From Hydrolagus affinis (taxonomy: Eukaryota): a stretch of 64,000 nt of DNA. Both the position numbers and the translations under genes were made by a program. The notes beneath the pieces are model-generated. The model saw nothing but the letters and a program-made list of their open reading frames with translations. It was not told where the DNA came from and searched no databases. Shown piece by piece: positions 1-11,937 of this stretch. Location of the stretch: positions 1 to 64,000 of the forward strand of contig JAAILG010000874.1 in assembly GCA_012026655.1 (NCBI GenBank), written 5' to 3'. Every line of letters begins with the position of its first letter. The first letter of the stretch is position 1.

Positions 1-240
1 ACCTCGTATATGTAGGTTAAAATTCCACCTGAGTCTTCATTTATTCCACGAAGGTAACATTTCAGAGAATCCAGAGCTTGGCACATTCTTAAACAATCTT
101 TGATTCCAAAGCCAGTTTTCTGTAACACGTTAAAACTGAATTCAACAATTGTCCTAATTCCACACCTCTGAGGTATCAAGTTGATAGAGTGAATCTAGCT
201 CCAGGTGGAAATTTATCCCATGATTAAATATTTAAACTAT

Positions 241-357
241 TTGTGGGGCATTTCGCCCACAAATATACAATCAATTCATTTTACGGTATATTCTGTGAAG
301 CCTTTGAGATATCTAGAAAGTATGAAAAGCACTGTATCAAATGCAATTATTATTTTT
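241..357 (+). mobile_element. 3' fragment of young tRNA/Deu SINE
   Basis: Matches the 3' half of the full-length copies (tttcgcccacaaatata...tcaattca...tattctgtgaag...atcaaatgcaa(tta)n). Confidence 0.85.
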
Positions 358-553
358 TATTTAGTTCATTTGAAATGGTGTTTCAAGTCATCAGCTGAGA
401 TTTTTATATAAATGAAGTATCACATGTATCAAAACTAAAGCCTCATATTTCTCTGTTCTTCCATTTATACTTAATTTTTTTTACAACAAATCCATCTGCC
501 CTCAGCAGTTGCAATAATAATTAGCTCTTATGGCCATTTTTAGGTGGCTGTAT

Positions 554-1046
554 AACAACAACAACAAAGTAACATTTGTACAGTGCCTTTCACGGCGGGA
601 GAACAACCCAACGTGCTGGACGGTCGATGTGTCAAACCCGAGCTGGGGTCGGGATCAGGTCGGATGGAGGGAAAGGAAGGAATTTGGGGTCACCCATGGA
701 ACCGTCGAAGAGGAGAGTTTTGAGGCGGGACTTGAAGGAGCCAAGGGAGGGGGTGAGACAGAGGGACTCAGGGATGGAATTCCAGAGATATGGGGCAGAG
801 TGGCTGAAGGCTTTCCTGCCGATGGTGATGCGAGTGGGTGGACATGGAGCAGGCTGGAGTCTGCTGAATGGAGGGAGTAGACAGATTCGTAAGGGGTTTA
901 GGAAGCCGCAGAGGTTGGGTGGGGTGAGGCCATGGAGGACTTTGAATGTGAGGACCAGGATCTTGAATTGAATCCTCTGAGTGATGGGGAGCCAGTGGAG
1001 TCAGGCAAGAATGGGGGAGATGGCGTCACAGAACTTGGAGCACAGA
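554..1046 (-). mobile_element. L2-clade LINE 3' fragment
   Basis: (AAC)n tail at 554-567. Minus strand encodes an LHWLPI.QRIQFKILVLTFKVLHGL-type L2 ORF2 C-terminus, homologous to 61951-62873. Confidence 0.9.
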
Positions 1047-2618
1047 GTCTTGTAATATGAAGTCATCCAAAAGCCGATTAGCATTTCCAGATCTTTGACT
1101 GAGAATGATAAATATCGAAAGCCACAGGGAATTTAATGTAAAAAAAGCACAACTGATGTACAATTACTGCTGCATTGGGCAGTGTTTAACACGATTGGAC
1201 TATGTGCAAACAATAGGATTGTATGTGGCATGTAAACCAAACCATGCAAACCCAAGGTTCGGACCTTGTTATTTTAGCTCGTCAATTATCTTATCAGGGA
1301 ATGTGATGAAAGTCAGCAAGCAGAGAGCAAGGTTTCAAATGTAAAGTTAATGGCCTTGAAACCGCTGTAACAGCATATTTCATGCACCCTTGGAGAACCT
1401 TAGTCATGCATTTTTAGCAACAGAATGTGCTGAACTCCATTACTGGACTGTAACAAATAGTTCTCTACTTCCTTGAACGTGTTTGTTCAAATTACATGTG
1501 AATTAAAAAAATCATTCTATGGGGAAGCAGTACACAAAGTGTATTGATAAAGTATTCATGCATATCAGAGACATGACCAGCTATAATATAGTTGCAGCTT
1601 CATTGCTCAGATATGATACGGTAGAACCGCCTGTTGTGTAAGAAATAATAATGATAATAACATAATAAGAATCTTTGCATTTGGTACAGTGCCTTTCACA
1701 TTTGAGAGAATGTTTCAAAGCACCACAAATAATTTACTGTCACATGGAGCAGATATTTTTGTTCTTTAACATATGTCTAATATTTTATCCGATAAGGATA
1801 TTAATACGGGAAACTTGCATGTATAAAAGCAAACAAAAATGTAATGTAGTTATTAAAGTCAGCTCCAGGAAAAAAAAAACACATACATGATCTTACGATA
1901 GAAGTAACAAAGCAAATTGTCTTCTATTTGCATCAACTATATTGAATTGTTAATCCTACCATAACATAAAATGTTCAATTCAAGCATAAAATGTTCCCCA
2001 ATTATAAAGTGTTAATGCTTAGAATGCTACTTCTAGTTATTCTGCTGCCAAATTACACCCGGAGATGATAGTTCACTGAAGAAGTCTAATTATCTTTGTA
2101 TGAAAGTACTGCATCTGTTTCTGTTGAGTGTTTTCAGTTTTGTTCCAGATTAAATTGCTGAATGGCTGATTGCATTCCTTGTGAGATGAAGATTTAATAT
2201 CTGAATATTGGAACCTGCAGCATACAGAAAGCCTGATCCAAGCACAGTTGCTCATCAAACTTTTGAAGAGTCTTCAGATAACAGGTTGAATGGTTGAAGA
2301 ATAGATATAATAATAATTCCATCCATTTGATATAGTGCCTTACCATACTGTCAAAACATCTCAAAGGATTTATTGCAAAGTGGAGTGACTGGTTATTTTT
2401 AGTGAAATGCAACTGTCAATTTAGTAACGGCATAGACACAAAAAGCCATGAAGTGAAGGAATAATAATAAAAAATAATAATGGAGGTAAAATGGATTGTT
2501 AGTTAGGACATCCCAGGAGAAACTGGGATAGGATACTTAATGTCCATCTGAGCTAGCAGGTGGTTATAGGATAGACATACTCAGCTTAACATCATATCCA
2601 AAGGATAGCACCTCTGCC

Positions 2619-2944
2619 AATAATAATAATCCTTGCATTTGATATAGCACTTTTCATATCTTATCGACGTCCCAAAGCACTTCACAGAATACACTGTAAA
2701 GTGAATTGACTGTATAGTTGTGGGCGAATCGCGGCAGCCAATTGTGCACAGCAATGTCCCACAAACAGTCGTGGATTGAAATGACTAATTTTGTTATTGT
2801 GTTTTTTTGGGGATGGATTATTATTAGGCGTGTTGAGTAAGGAAACTTGCCCAAGGTTTCGCCCTGACCTGCCTGGATTCGAACACAGCTTGGTCTCCCT
2901 AGCTTGCAAGACAAGTGCTCTAACCACTAAGCCACAGGAACTCC
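2619..2944 (-). mobile_element. Young tRNA/Deu SINE, full length
   Basis: On the minus strand: A-box-like head, B-box GTTCGAATCC, Deu core ttggctgccgcg and a (TTA)n tail. Confidence 0.95.
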
Positions 2945-2945
2945 A

Positions 2946-3258
2946 TAATAAAAATAAGAAGAATCCTTGTATTTGATATAGTGCTTCTCATGTCTTCTTG
3001 ACGTATCACAGAATATACTGTAAAGTGAATTGACTGTATATATGTGGGCGAAACACAGCAGCCAATTGCGCATAGCAGTGTCCCACAAACAGTTGTGGAT
3101 TGAAATGACCAATTTATTACTGTTTTTTTTTCGAGGGTTTATTATCAAGCGTATGGAGTAAGGAAACTTGCCCAAGGTTTCGCCCTGACCTGCCGGGAAT
3201 TAAATCCAGGTCTCTCACTTGTGAGGTGAGTGATCTAACCACTGAGCTACAGGACTCC
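2946..3258 (-). mobile_element. Young tRNA/Deu SINE, full length (tandem with previous copy)
   Basis: Same structure as 2619-2944, directly adjacent in head-to-tail orientation. Confidence 0.95.
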
Positions 3259-4239
3259 GTTGGACAATGCAGCATTACACTGGACTGCAACTTAGACAAT
3301 GAGCTCAAATTTCCATTGTGGGGCTTGAGCCGACAACCTCCAACACAATGGTGAGGTAGGTGTCAACTGAGCCAGACCAATACCTTGTTGCATTTTCGTC
3401 AGGCATAAGAGCTTCTGCTGCAGAGACCCAGGGTTTCAGCATTTTCATTGAGTTGTTAATAAATAATAATAAATATGTTCATGTAATGCATGTGTCTTGG
3501 TTAAATATAGGGACTATGCCAGGATTAGAACAAAACGGAAAAACAGAACAAATGGCGATCAGCAAAAAAATAACTATCAAAGAGATAAAAGCTATTGAAA
3601 GTATATCCTTATCTGGCTACTCGTGTTCATTTTCCAAGATACTTTTCCAAAAATCATCCATAATGTTTGCTTGTGTTTTTCTTTTTATCAAGAGCGGACT
3701 TTTTCTGGGTAATCGCACAGACTCTCTGCAAACACTGGATATGAAGGCAGTCACGCACTCCAACGGCTTTAGTTTACTTGAAGCTTATTTCCATTTCGCT
3801 GTATTTGCCAAATCTGTTGCTGAACATTGACAGCGGAAACTTCGTAGGCACTAAGAAATTTGATTTTCACGCAGTTACTGCGATCGCAGGACATGAGAAA
3901 GGAGAAAATTTCATGCATCTGGTAATCTTGAAGTCTGTTATGCAGGATTTCTGAAAGATTCAACAAACACTGCTTGGAGGTGGGGGAAATAAACTGCAGT
4001 CACTACTCACCCTTTTCTGAAGGGATGTTATCGGAGCATTTCAGGCTCATGAAAGATGCAGAAATAAATCAGTAGAATCATTGTCGCCCTAAACCACCAC
4101 CCAGTATCTCTGCTCGACTGGCACAGACTTCCCGTTAATCCCTCGCACCCTCTGCCCCACCTCGGTGGTCATGTTTTCAGCCACTTTGCCCCCAAACTCT
4201 GAAAATACTCCCTCAATCTTTTTGCCTTGCTCCCTCTCT

Positions 4240-4432
4240 CCCCTTGTTCAAGTCCTGCCCGAAGACGAGAAAGGTCTTCAGGCAGGACTTGAACAAGGGG
4301 AGAGAGGGAGCAAGGCAGAAAGATTGTGTACAGCTCCCCCCACCCCACCGAGCTCGGAGTCAGCGTCTGTCACTGTTAAACGCTCTGAGACACAACCCTG
4401 AGTGGAGGGCGCTATATAAATGCAAGTTGTTG
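4240..4432. mobile_element. L2-clade 3' end with inverted upstream segment
   Basis: 4240-4325 resembles the L2 ORF2 end on the minus strand. 4330-4432 is an L2 3' tail on plus (cgctctgag...gggcgctatataaatgcaagttgttg), similar to 46950-47046. Confidence 0.6.
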
Positions 4433-4435
4433 TGT

Positions 4436-4542
4436 GAGGAAAGGGAAGGCAAGTGGGACTAAAATGATTGTTTGATGGAGACGGCTTAGACATATGGGCT
4501 GAACGGACTTCGCCATGAATTTCTATTGTTCCATGTTCCTAT
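4436..4542 (+). mobile_element. CR1-clade LINE 3' end relic
   Basis: ggcaagtgggactaa...tgggctgaacgg...tttctattgttccatgttccta resembles 60590-60740. Confidence 0.55.
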
Positions 4543-5799
4543 TTGTGATCTATTTAACGATCCTCATACAATCATTTCCAGCTGAGCTCACCAGTATCAA
4601 TCAGTAATGGGGCATTAGCTGAGTTCTAACCCAAGACATGCTGAGGCCCCCAACTCCGACCTAACGGAGAACTATCTGAATGCAGACCAAGGATCAAACC
4701 TAGCACCTTCAAATTATTTTTTGACCACCGCAGAAGTAAAATAACTTCTCTTTATTGATTTAAACATAAGAAATTATACCGTGTTGTTCTCATCGATTGT
4801 GTGTGGTGAGGTTTCAAGTTGCTGGCCATGTACATCAATAGAGAGCTGAGGGTATGCTCATAGGATACAGAGCAGAGAATTTAAGGCCCTTCAGTTATGT
4901 CTGTAATCCCACAGTTCAATTGATTTTGTTAATCAAGAACGCGTCTCTTTATTTTAGTAACATGAATCCTCGCTGCTTGTATCAGCAAATGTACATGGAG
5001 GTTGAATGACCATCCCGATTAATCTTCCTCACTTCTGGAACAAATTGATGGTTCCAATGCATCCAGATGTGGAATTGCTTAAAATCTGATATGTAATGGG
5101 AAAGAAATGAAGGGTAAATTATACCCTATATCTACATTATATAAAGGTCTAGGGCTGAGCATAATGACAAAAATAACATTAAAATAGAAAACAGGGGGGC
5201 AAATAACAACAGAAACATGTGCAAATAAAACTAGATGTTAAAAAGCAAAGGTTTCATTTTATTAAACATCTTGCTGCTTGTTTTCTGTTGCAACTATGGA
5301 TGTGAAAGATATAAATTTTGATCTTTCTCAGAAAGTCACATAAACAGAGTGGAGTGTGTTGATAATAGAGCACAGTACATCCTGTGAAATCCTCCTGATG
5401 TGAAATGCAGGACTATTATTATTAGTAGTAACAAAGCCAAGGCAGTAGTGGTTCACATTTGTTGTTACATTTTCTTTTGCAAAATTGAATGCAACATTGC
5501 TAAATTGAGCCATTTTAATCTCCTTGGTCTCTGCTACAGGAAGCTCTGATTCAAACAGCCTGTTTATTCACAAGGGATATTAATAATTATCCTATTAATA
5601 AATATTATATTATCTCTGAACCCACTTGCATCTAACACAATTTGTTTGTTCACATCTAACATCTAACATCTAACACAATTTGTTTTGTTCCTAAACCCAT
5701 TCATTGTGTTAACAGAAGGAATGAGTAACAATAAATGCACAAATTTACAAATTCCTTAATTGAATCCTTGGTTGAAATTTCTCCCAAGTCTAGATTTAC

Positions 5800-6210
5800 T
5801 CTGGTTCAGTATTGCATTCTCGCCTCTGACTCTGAAACCCCACTTTGAAATTTGGAATCATCGTCTAAAATGACACTTCAATGCAGTGTTGAGGGTGCGT
5901 TGCATTGTCGGAGGTGCTTTCCTTATCCACAGTAAGTTTCCTTATCCACAGTAAGTTTCCTTACTCCACACTCCCCTGCTTACCTAGCAGTAAGTAGGAG
6001 CCTTGTTTTCAGTCAGTTGGCAGGTCGCTTTTCTGGAGAGAATAATAATTTGGTCACTCAATCCATGATTGTTTGAGTGACACTGCTATGAGCAATTGGC
6101 TGCCGCGTTTCACTCATAAAATATAGTCACTTTACAATATAATCTGTGCAGCGCTTTGAGACGTCTAAAAGGCGTGAAAAGTGCAGTATCAAATGCAAGA
6201 AATATTACTG
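5800..6210 (+). mobile_element. Old DeuSINE head (5800-5920) joined to a 5'-truncated tRNA/Deu SINE
   Basis: ctcgcctctgactc...tgacacttcaatgcagtgttgaggg...tgtcggaggtgc, then a 19-bp tandem duplication (tttccttatccacagtaag x2) and the SINE body/tail. Confidence 0.7.
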
Positions 6211-8129
6211 TAGCTTGTGAAATGCATTGAGATTCTCAACGATGGGATGAAGTGTGACATGAGATACAAGGATTAATATTACAGATTATGCAGACTTTAA
6301 ATACTTCTTAAATACAGTCAACAGAAACTGTAGACATAAGCTACCAACAGCACCAAAAAACATAGGACAATATCAGGGTCATTAGATCTCAAATAGTGAC
6401 ACACATTTCCAAACTGTCTGAAGAAGTAAATGCCTTATTAAAGCTTAGAAAGACAACGGAAGTAAAAAAAAATATGATTTCCATCTAAAATGAATAAACC
6501 AATTTCTGCTAAGTGGATAAGAGTTCTGACCAAGATTAATGAAAGAGAGAACGTTAGACTGCAGGAAGTGGAATGGCAAATGAGTGATGAACGAGAGGAT
6601 AACACCGAAGAGGAAGAGAATTTACTTACATACTTCCTTTCGTCCGATCCATGATCAAAGAAGCTTTGCATCTAAAATTAGGAAAAGCAAGTCGATGAAA
6701 GACTTTCACCAACTGATTGATGATGCAGAAAGGAGTGTTAATGAACACAGGAGTAAAAGATCCATATGTGATGTCTTTGCAACTTTGGAAGACAACAGCT
6801 TTTGAAATGTTTTGCCAATGGAAGTAATATTTAAAAAAGGACTTTTTAAAGGAGATGCTAAATAAGAGATAAAGGAGGAACAGCATGCCAAAAGATAGTT
6901 AGCTAAAACACATATTTAAGGAGATAGACCAGCCAATTTGTTGAAACAAAAAATCATGGTCCAATCTATGGAAGAAAGGATCAAATGTCTAAGTTTAAGG
7001 TTTTAATTGTTTAATTTATGTATAAAGCCTCTCTGACTGACAGATAGTACTAGGGAATTCTAGAGCATCCTGGAAAATGATTTTGAACACGTTTGATAAT
7101 CTCCCAGGCATTATTTTATATCTGATTGAAAATAAGTTTAATGTTCAGATATAACTGAGGAATGGAGACAAATAGGAGCTGCATCAGAACTACTATTTCT
7201 ATCCTCAAGTCAAATTAGTATCATTTTAAGTGCAACCAACAGAAAATGTTCAAACTAGTCATTTTGACCCTCAAAATATACACAGTCACATCAGTTTACG
7301 GTATATCCTGTGAAATCCAGATGAAGGATACACTTTGCAATATATCCTAACATCCGTCAATAGTTCATTAGGCTTAACAATGCATGCATTTAAGTCTCAT
7401 ACTTGGAGAATGTGTCAAAGTGCTTCTCAGAATTTACTGTAAAATGCAGTGACTGTCCTCTCTTCCTCAAGATATATTCAGTGATTAAGCAAAGTATTTT
7501 TTTAAAAAAACAAAGCAAACAGATGGTAGACAACTACACACCTCAGTGGGAGCATCGGATATTCATCACAATCTGTGCTGTTGAAGTTAAGGTCTCATCA
7601 GCTTATTCTCACCTTTTATGAACAGGTTATTAGCATTCTAAGGCATTTTATTGTGTGATTTTGAATCATTATGAAGCTATTAATTATGTAAACAACATGA
7701 CAAAAGGTTACAGATCACTGAGGTGGATTGCAGTTTAATAAATGTGTGTACAGTGAAACATGTTGGACTTACTAAGGCACCTGACAAAGATCTAAACACG
7801 AACAAATTGTTACATGGATCCAGCTCGCCCTTATCTGTTCTCCTTTTGCGGACCAGTGTTGCTCCGAACATAAAATCAGTGCACCGTCAATGAAAGATAA
7901 ACTCACAGCAAATGTTGGGTTTCAGTACACCCGCAGTGTAAGTTTAGTGGCCATTAAAAAAAATTACTAGGAATGATGTTGCTTCAGCAAAGAAGGTTTA
8001 ATGTTTAACGATGTAATGTCTTCCTCTTACACATCCCCAAACAAGCAGATGTTCCGATAACTCAATGGAATAAAAGTATTTATTTTTGGAACAGCAATAA
8101 TTCCTGAAACAATGCAGGGCTTATGCATT

Positions 8130-8259
8130 TGTTGCCGCGTTTCGCCCACAAATATACGGTCAATTCACTTTACAGTACATTCTGTGAAGCTCTTTGAGAA
8201 GGTCGATAAGATGTGAAAAGTGGTATATCAAATGCAAGGATTATTATTATTATTATAAT
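8130..8259 (+). mobile_element. Young SINE 3' fragment
   Basis: Deu core end to (TTA)n tail. Confidence 0.9.
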
Positions 8260-10448
8260 ACAGTACCCGGTAAACAGGTCACATCCACTCGTGCGCTTTA
8301 TGTATCTAGATCCTTCAGGTAACCTGCTTCAGCCAGATTTGACAAATATGCAGAAACATGCAGCTCCAGGGTTATAGTAAAGGGCACCACAGTCTGCACA
8401 GAATATGACTCGCTGGACGGTGTCTTCATGCAGAGGTTAACATCTTAAATGTTATTCACTGCAGGGCCTCAGTGAAATAGACTCTGTCTATTTTTAAATT
8501 CAAGGTAAATATTTGCTTCTCAAGGAATTCAGAAGCTATTCATCCTGATGACTGCAATCAGCTTGTCAATCAGAATATGATTCACATTTTAGCCTTTCAA
8601 ATTCTACCCATTTTATGTTTCTACAATGAAATTGCAGGAATTATCAGATTTTTTTGTCAGTCATATTTGGCTCATTAGCCAGGAAAAGCTTGGGAGAAAG
8701 AGAGGTGTGTAATGTTCTTGATTAAGCTTAAACTGACTATAATTGAGTTGATCTGTGAAATGCTTTATTCATCTGTTCGTCTGAGAATGACAGTCCAATA
8801 GAATCTCCTAATAAATCTTCACACTATTCTACTTGATATATGAAGATGACAGACAGTAATAAAGCTGTGTTTGCAAATAGGTACTTGAACCCTGTAGCTA
8901 AATATTTAGTATAATTAGATCATGTACAATTACCAAATGTGCAATATCTTCTGAAACTATTCACTTCAGTGGGTAAGAACAATAATGCTTGAGTGAAAGA
9001 GTTAAATTGACACCACATGCCTTTCAAAGTTAATTGAATCCCATCTCATCAGATCAAATGAGCTAGATTAGTGGAAGCATCTGATCAATCAAAACAAACA
9101 TGTTATTTGTTGATAACATAAAAAGCAAACCATTCTACAACTCTGACAGAGAGATATGGTGCGTTACTTTATGCCTCCAGTCTGACAGATATTTTCTGTA
9201 CATCTTTTCAAAATAAAATAAACAGATTTCAGAGATAGATGCCGTATGCTGTAGGTTTTATTTCCCATGAATCTACATTTTTATCTAAAGGTAAGGTCAT
9301 CCAGTCAAATTTCCTCGACTTTGTAAAGTTAAGTGGGATTATTTGTGTCATCAACCGGCATCAAATTAATAATGTAATACATGCAAGTATAAGGTGAACT
9401 GTAACAAACTTTTACAGATCACATATGTAATATGGCTTTGTTAACTTTGACAGATTTAGATATGTAACATGGCTTCATTGCAAACCAGTTTACAATATAT
9501 CCTGTGCTTTGGAAAATCCTCCTGACCTGAAACGTGCTATGCCAAATGCAAGGAATATTATATTATTATTACTTACATATCTTATAATAATACTATTATA
9601 TAATCAGGCTATTATGGTACAGGGGTCATGCATATAATATGTATGATGTTACCTTTGTGCTCCAAATGGGTTCAAACTGCATCCTTTAAGTACCATCGGC
9701 AGAGTCTGAAATTGAGTTATAATGTCCCTGACCCCACACTTGTGGACAATATGGGTTCTGTCATTTTGAGTTTTCTAATCATGAGTCCAAGTGTTTTGTT
9801 TCATTCCAGGCCTGGTCTTGTTTTGGAATAAACTGGGTGAGTCAGTCTAGCTGTGGGTTTGTCAATCCATCTACATCAGGTTATCACACCTTTGGTTCCT
9901 ATTGCTTATCATTGTCCTACCACTGTTGCCAAATTGAGAGAAGTCGTTTTGAGCTGAATGATCACTCCAAATACACGATTCCCCATTTATAACTTGGAAC
10001 AACGGTATGGCCTTTGTTGGACTACTGGAACCGTAACAACGCAGTCAATCTTGAAATGTGATTCTGGGTAACAACAAGGCTAAACCCCAAAGCCACCTGG
10101 TTTCCCATAAACCCAATACAAACAGATCATTGGATAGCAAGCGAGGCCACAAATGTGGTTGACTTTCTCCTAGTCTTTAGACAAAAAGACAGTCTTTCTT
10201 TGCTGTCACATATGGTGTCACCTAAATCAGCACAGTGAATTTGAGGCTTTTTTTGGTCTTGGGGTGTCCTTCCGATGTGAAAGGCTTTATACAAATGTAA
10301 TTTTGTGGTTGTTGTATAGCTCACATACAACACTGACCTGACCTGTATTTATCCTTTTTGTTTGCAGGCATGTCCATGCATTGTCTATCAACACAATGTA
10401 CAATTCCAAAGAATAACTCTGTCTGCTTAAATGTAATCATACCATTTA

Positions 10449-10714
10449 GAAATCCTGTTAGAGTGGTTAGAGCACTCGCCTTGCAAACAAGAGATCTGGG
10501 TTCGATTCCTGGCAGGATAAAGCCTTGGGAAAGTTTCCTTATGCCACACACCTAATAATAATCCCGAAAAAAAAAAAAAAAATTTGATAACTCAATCCAT
10601 GGATTGGCTGCCGCGGTTCGCCCACAACTATACAGTCAATTCATTTTACAGCACTTTGAGACACCTAGAAGACATGAAAAGCGCTATATCAAATACAAGG
10701 ATTATTATTATTAT
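10449..10714 (+). mobile_element. Young tRNA/Deu SINE, near full length with small internal deletions
   Basis: gtggttagagcactcgccttgcaa...ggttcgattcc head, Deu core, (TTA)n tail. Confidence 0.92.
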
Positions 10715-11809
10715 ATAGGTATCATAATCTATGGTTTGCAAGAAGGAAGAAACTCCCACCAAAATATTCTTTGCATTTTTAACATGCTGACATGACTGGA
10801 TGAAATTAGTATTATTATGAATACACATTTCAACACACTGAGAAATATTTTACATGGATGGCAAAAAATACAGATCACTTTGGTACATCTTTATCAAGCA
10901 AAAATCACAATGGGAAATTGCACAAGTATAGTGAAAATCACCAGTTCCATTTAGCTATTAGTTAAGATCCTACAGTATACTGCCTCAGAATGGTATCATT
11001 ATCTGGAAAGTTGAAGTGACAGATTTACTGGCATCCATTCTACTGTTTAATGAGTATCAAAACAAAACTTACACATTTTCTCTTTAATTGTGGCCAAAAC
11101 AGTGCTCCGAGCATTTTTTTTAAAAAAAGTGACTGTTTTCATTACATTGCTTTAACCAGTGACAGTGTTACCTTTCCTCAATGCACATAGCATCACAAAC
11201 AAAAAAAACAAGACATTTTAAATTGCCGAGTTTCTTTCATCCATTATTTATGATTTATGAATATTTCAGTTCTAATGTTATTCCCTATCAATCATCTGTA
11301 CCATATCCGATTTTGTAAAATATTGCAGTAATATGTTTATGTGCATGATATCACGTAATAACGCTTTGAACTAGAAATGATGGAACTGGGAATGAATTGA
11401 CCATTGCATTGTTTGAACAATTTGGGGAGAATTAAGTTTTTTTTATATATAATCTTACACCGATGTTTAGTTTGAGGTCACTCACATACACTTTTATGAG
11501 ACTTGTCATTAAGTGTTGTATTTTGGGGGGCACATGCGGATAATTATTCATTTATATACAATTATTTTTGAGGAACGTTTTACTGTGTGGCACATGGTGA
11601 AAACGCTCAACAATTGCAAAACTAATTTAGCGATTATGAGGTAACTCAACTGAATCCATCCCAATGTCACTGATGAGGTCTCAGAGTTTGTTGCTTGGCA
11701 GCAAGTCTATGGATGCCCAAATATTAGTGATCAACAGCAATAATCCTTGCATTGAATATAAAGCTTTTCACGTCTTTTAGAAGTCTTGAAGCGCTTCACG
11801 GAATAAACT

Positions 11810-11937
11810 AGAAAAAATGAGTCAACGTTTCGGGTCCACGACCCTTTGTCAGACCCGAAACGTTGACTCACTTTCTTTTCTTCATAGAGGCTGCCTGACC
11901 CGCTGAGTGTTCCCAGCGATCTCTGTTTTTGTTTCAC
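11810..11937. mobile_element. Penelope-like element end fragment (inverted plus direct terminal segment)
   Basis: Perfect 19-bp inverted repeat at 11818-11836 / 11852-11870, followed by gctgcctgacccgctgagtgttcccagc, which I recognise as a shark Penelope-type terminal repeat. Confidence 0.7.
11821..11852 (-). ncRNA. Minimal type-I hammerhead ribozyme-like motif (probably degenerate)
   Basis: Minus strand reads CUGACAA-A-GGGUC-GUG-GACCC-GAAA-CG-UU-GAC. This gives the CUGANGA core with one G>A change, a 5-bp stem II, GAAA and a palindromic ACGU. Confidence 0.6.

Larger units (their letters stand above)
2320..3375 (-). mobile_element. Old SacSINE1-like DeuSINE split by two young SINEs
   Basis: Tail and body at ~2320-2618 and head at ~3260-3375 (...caactgagcca) are collinear with the uninterrupted copy at 49885-50293. 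Confidence 0.65.

Noticed and set aside
3360-3830. 156-aa ORF
   Set aside because: Starts in a SINE head, has no recognisable domain, and has AT-rich non-coding composition.
9407-9477. Diverged ~35-bp tandem duplication (similar small duplications at 5629-5691 and 21987-22024)
   Set aside because: Ordinary slippage-type duplications with no further structure.
11670-11700. CTGATGAG resembling a hammerhead core
   Set aside because: No stem II or downstream GAAA.
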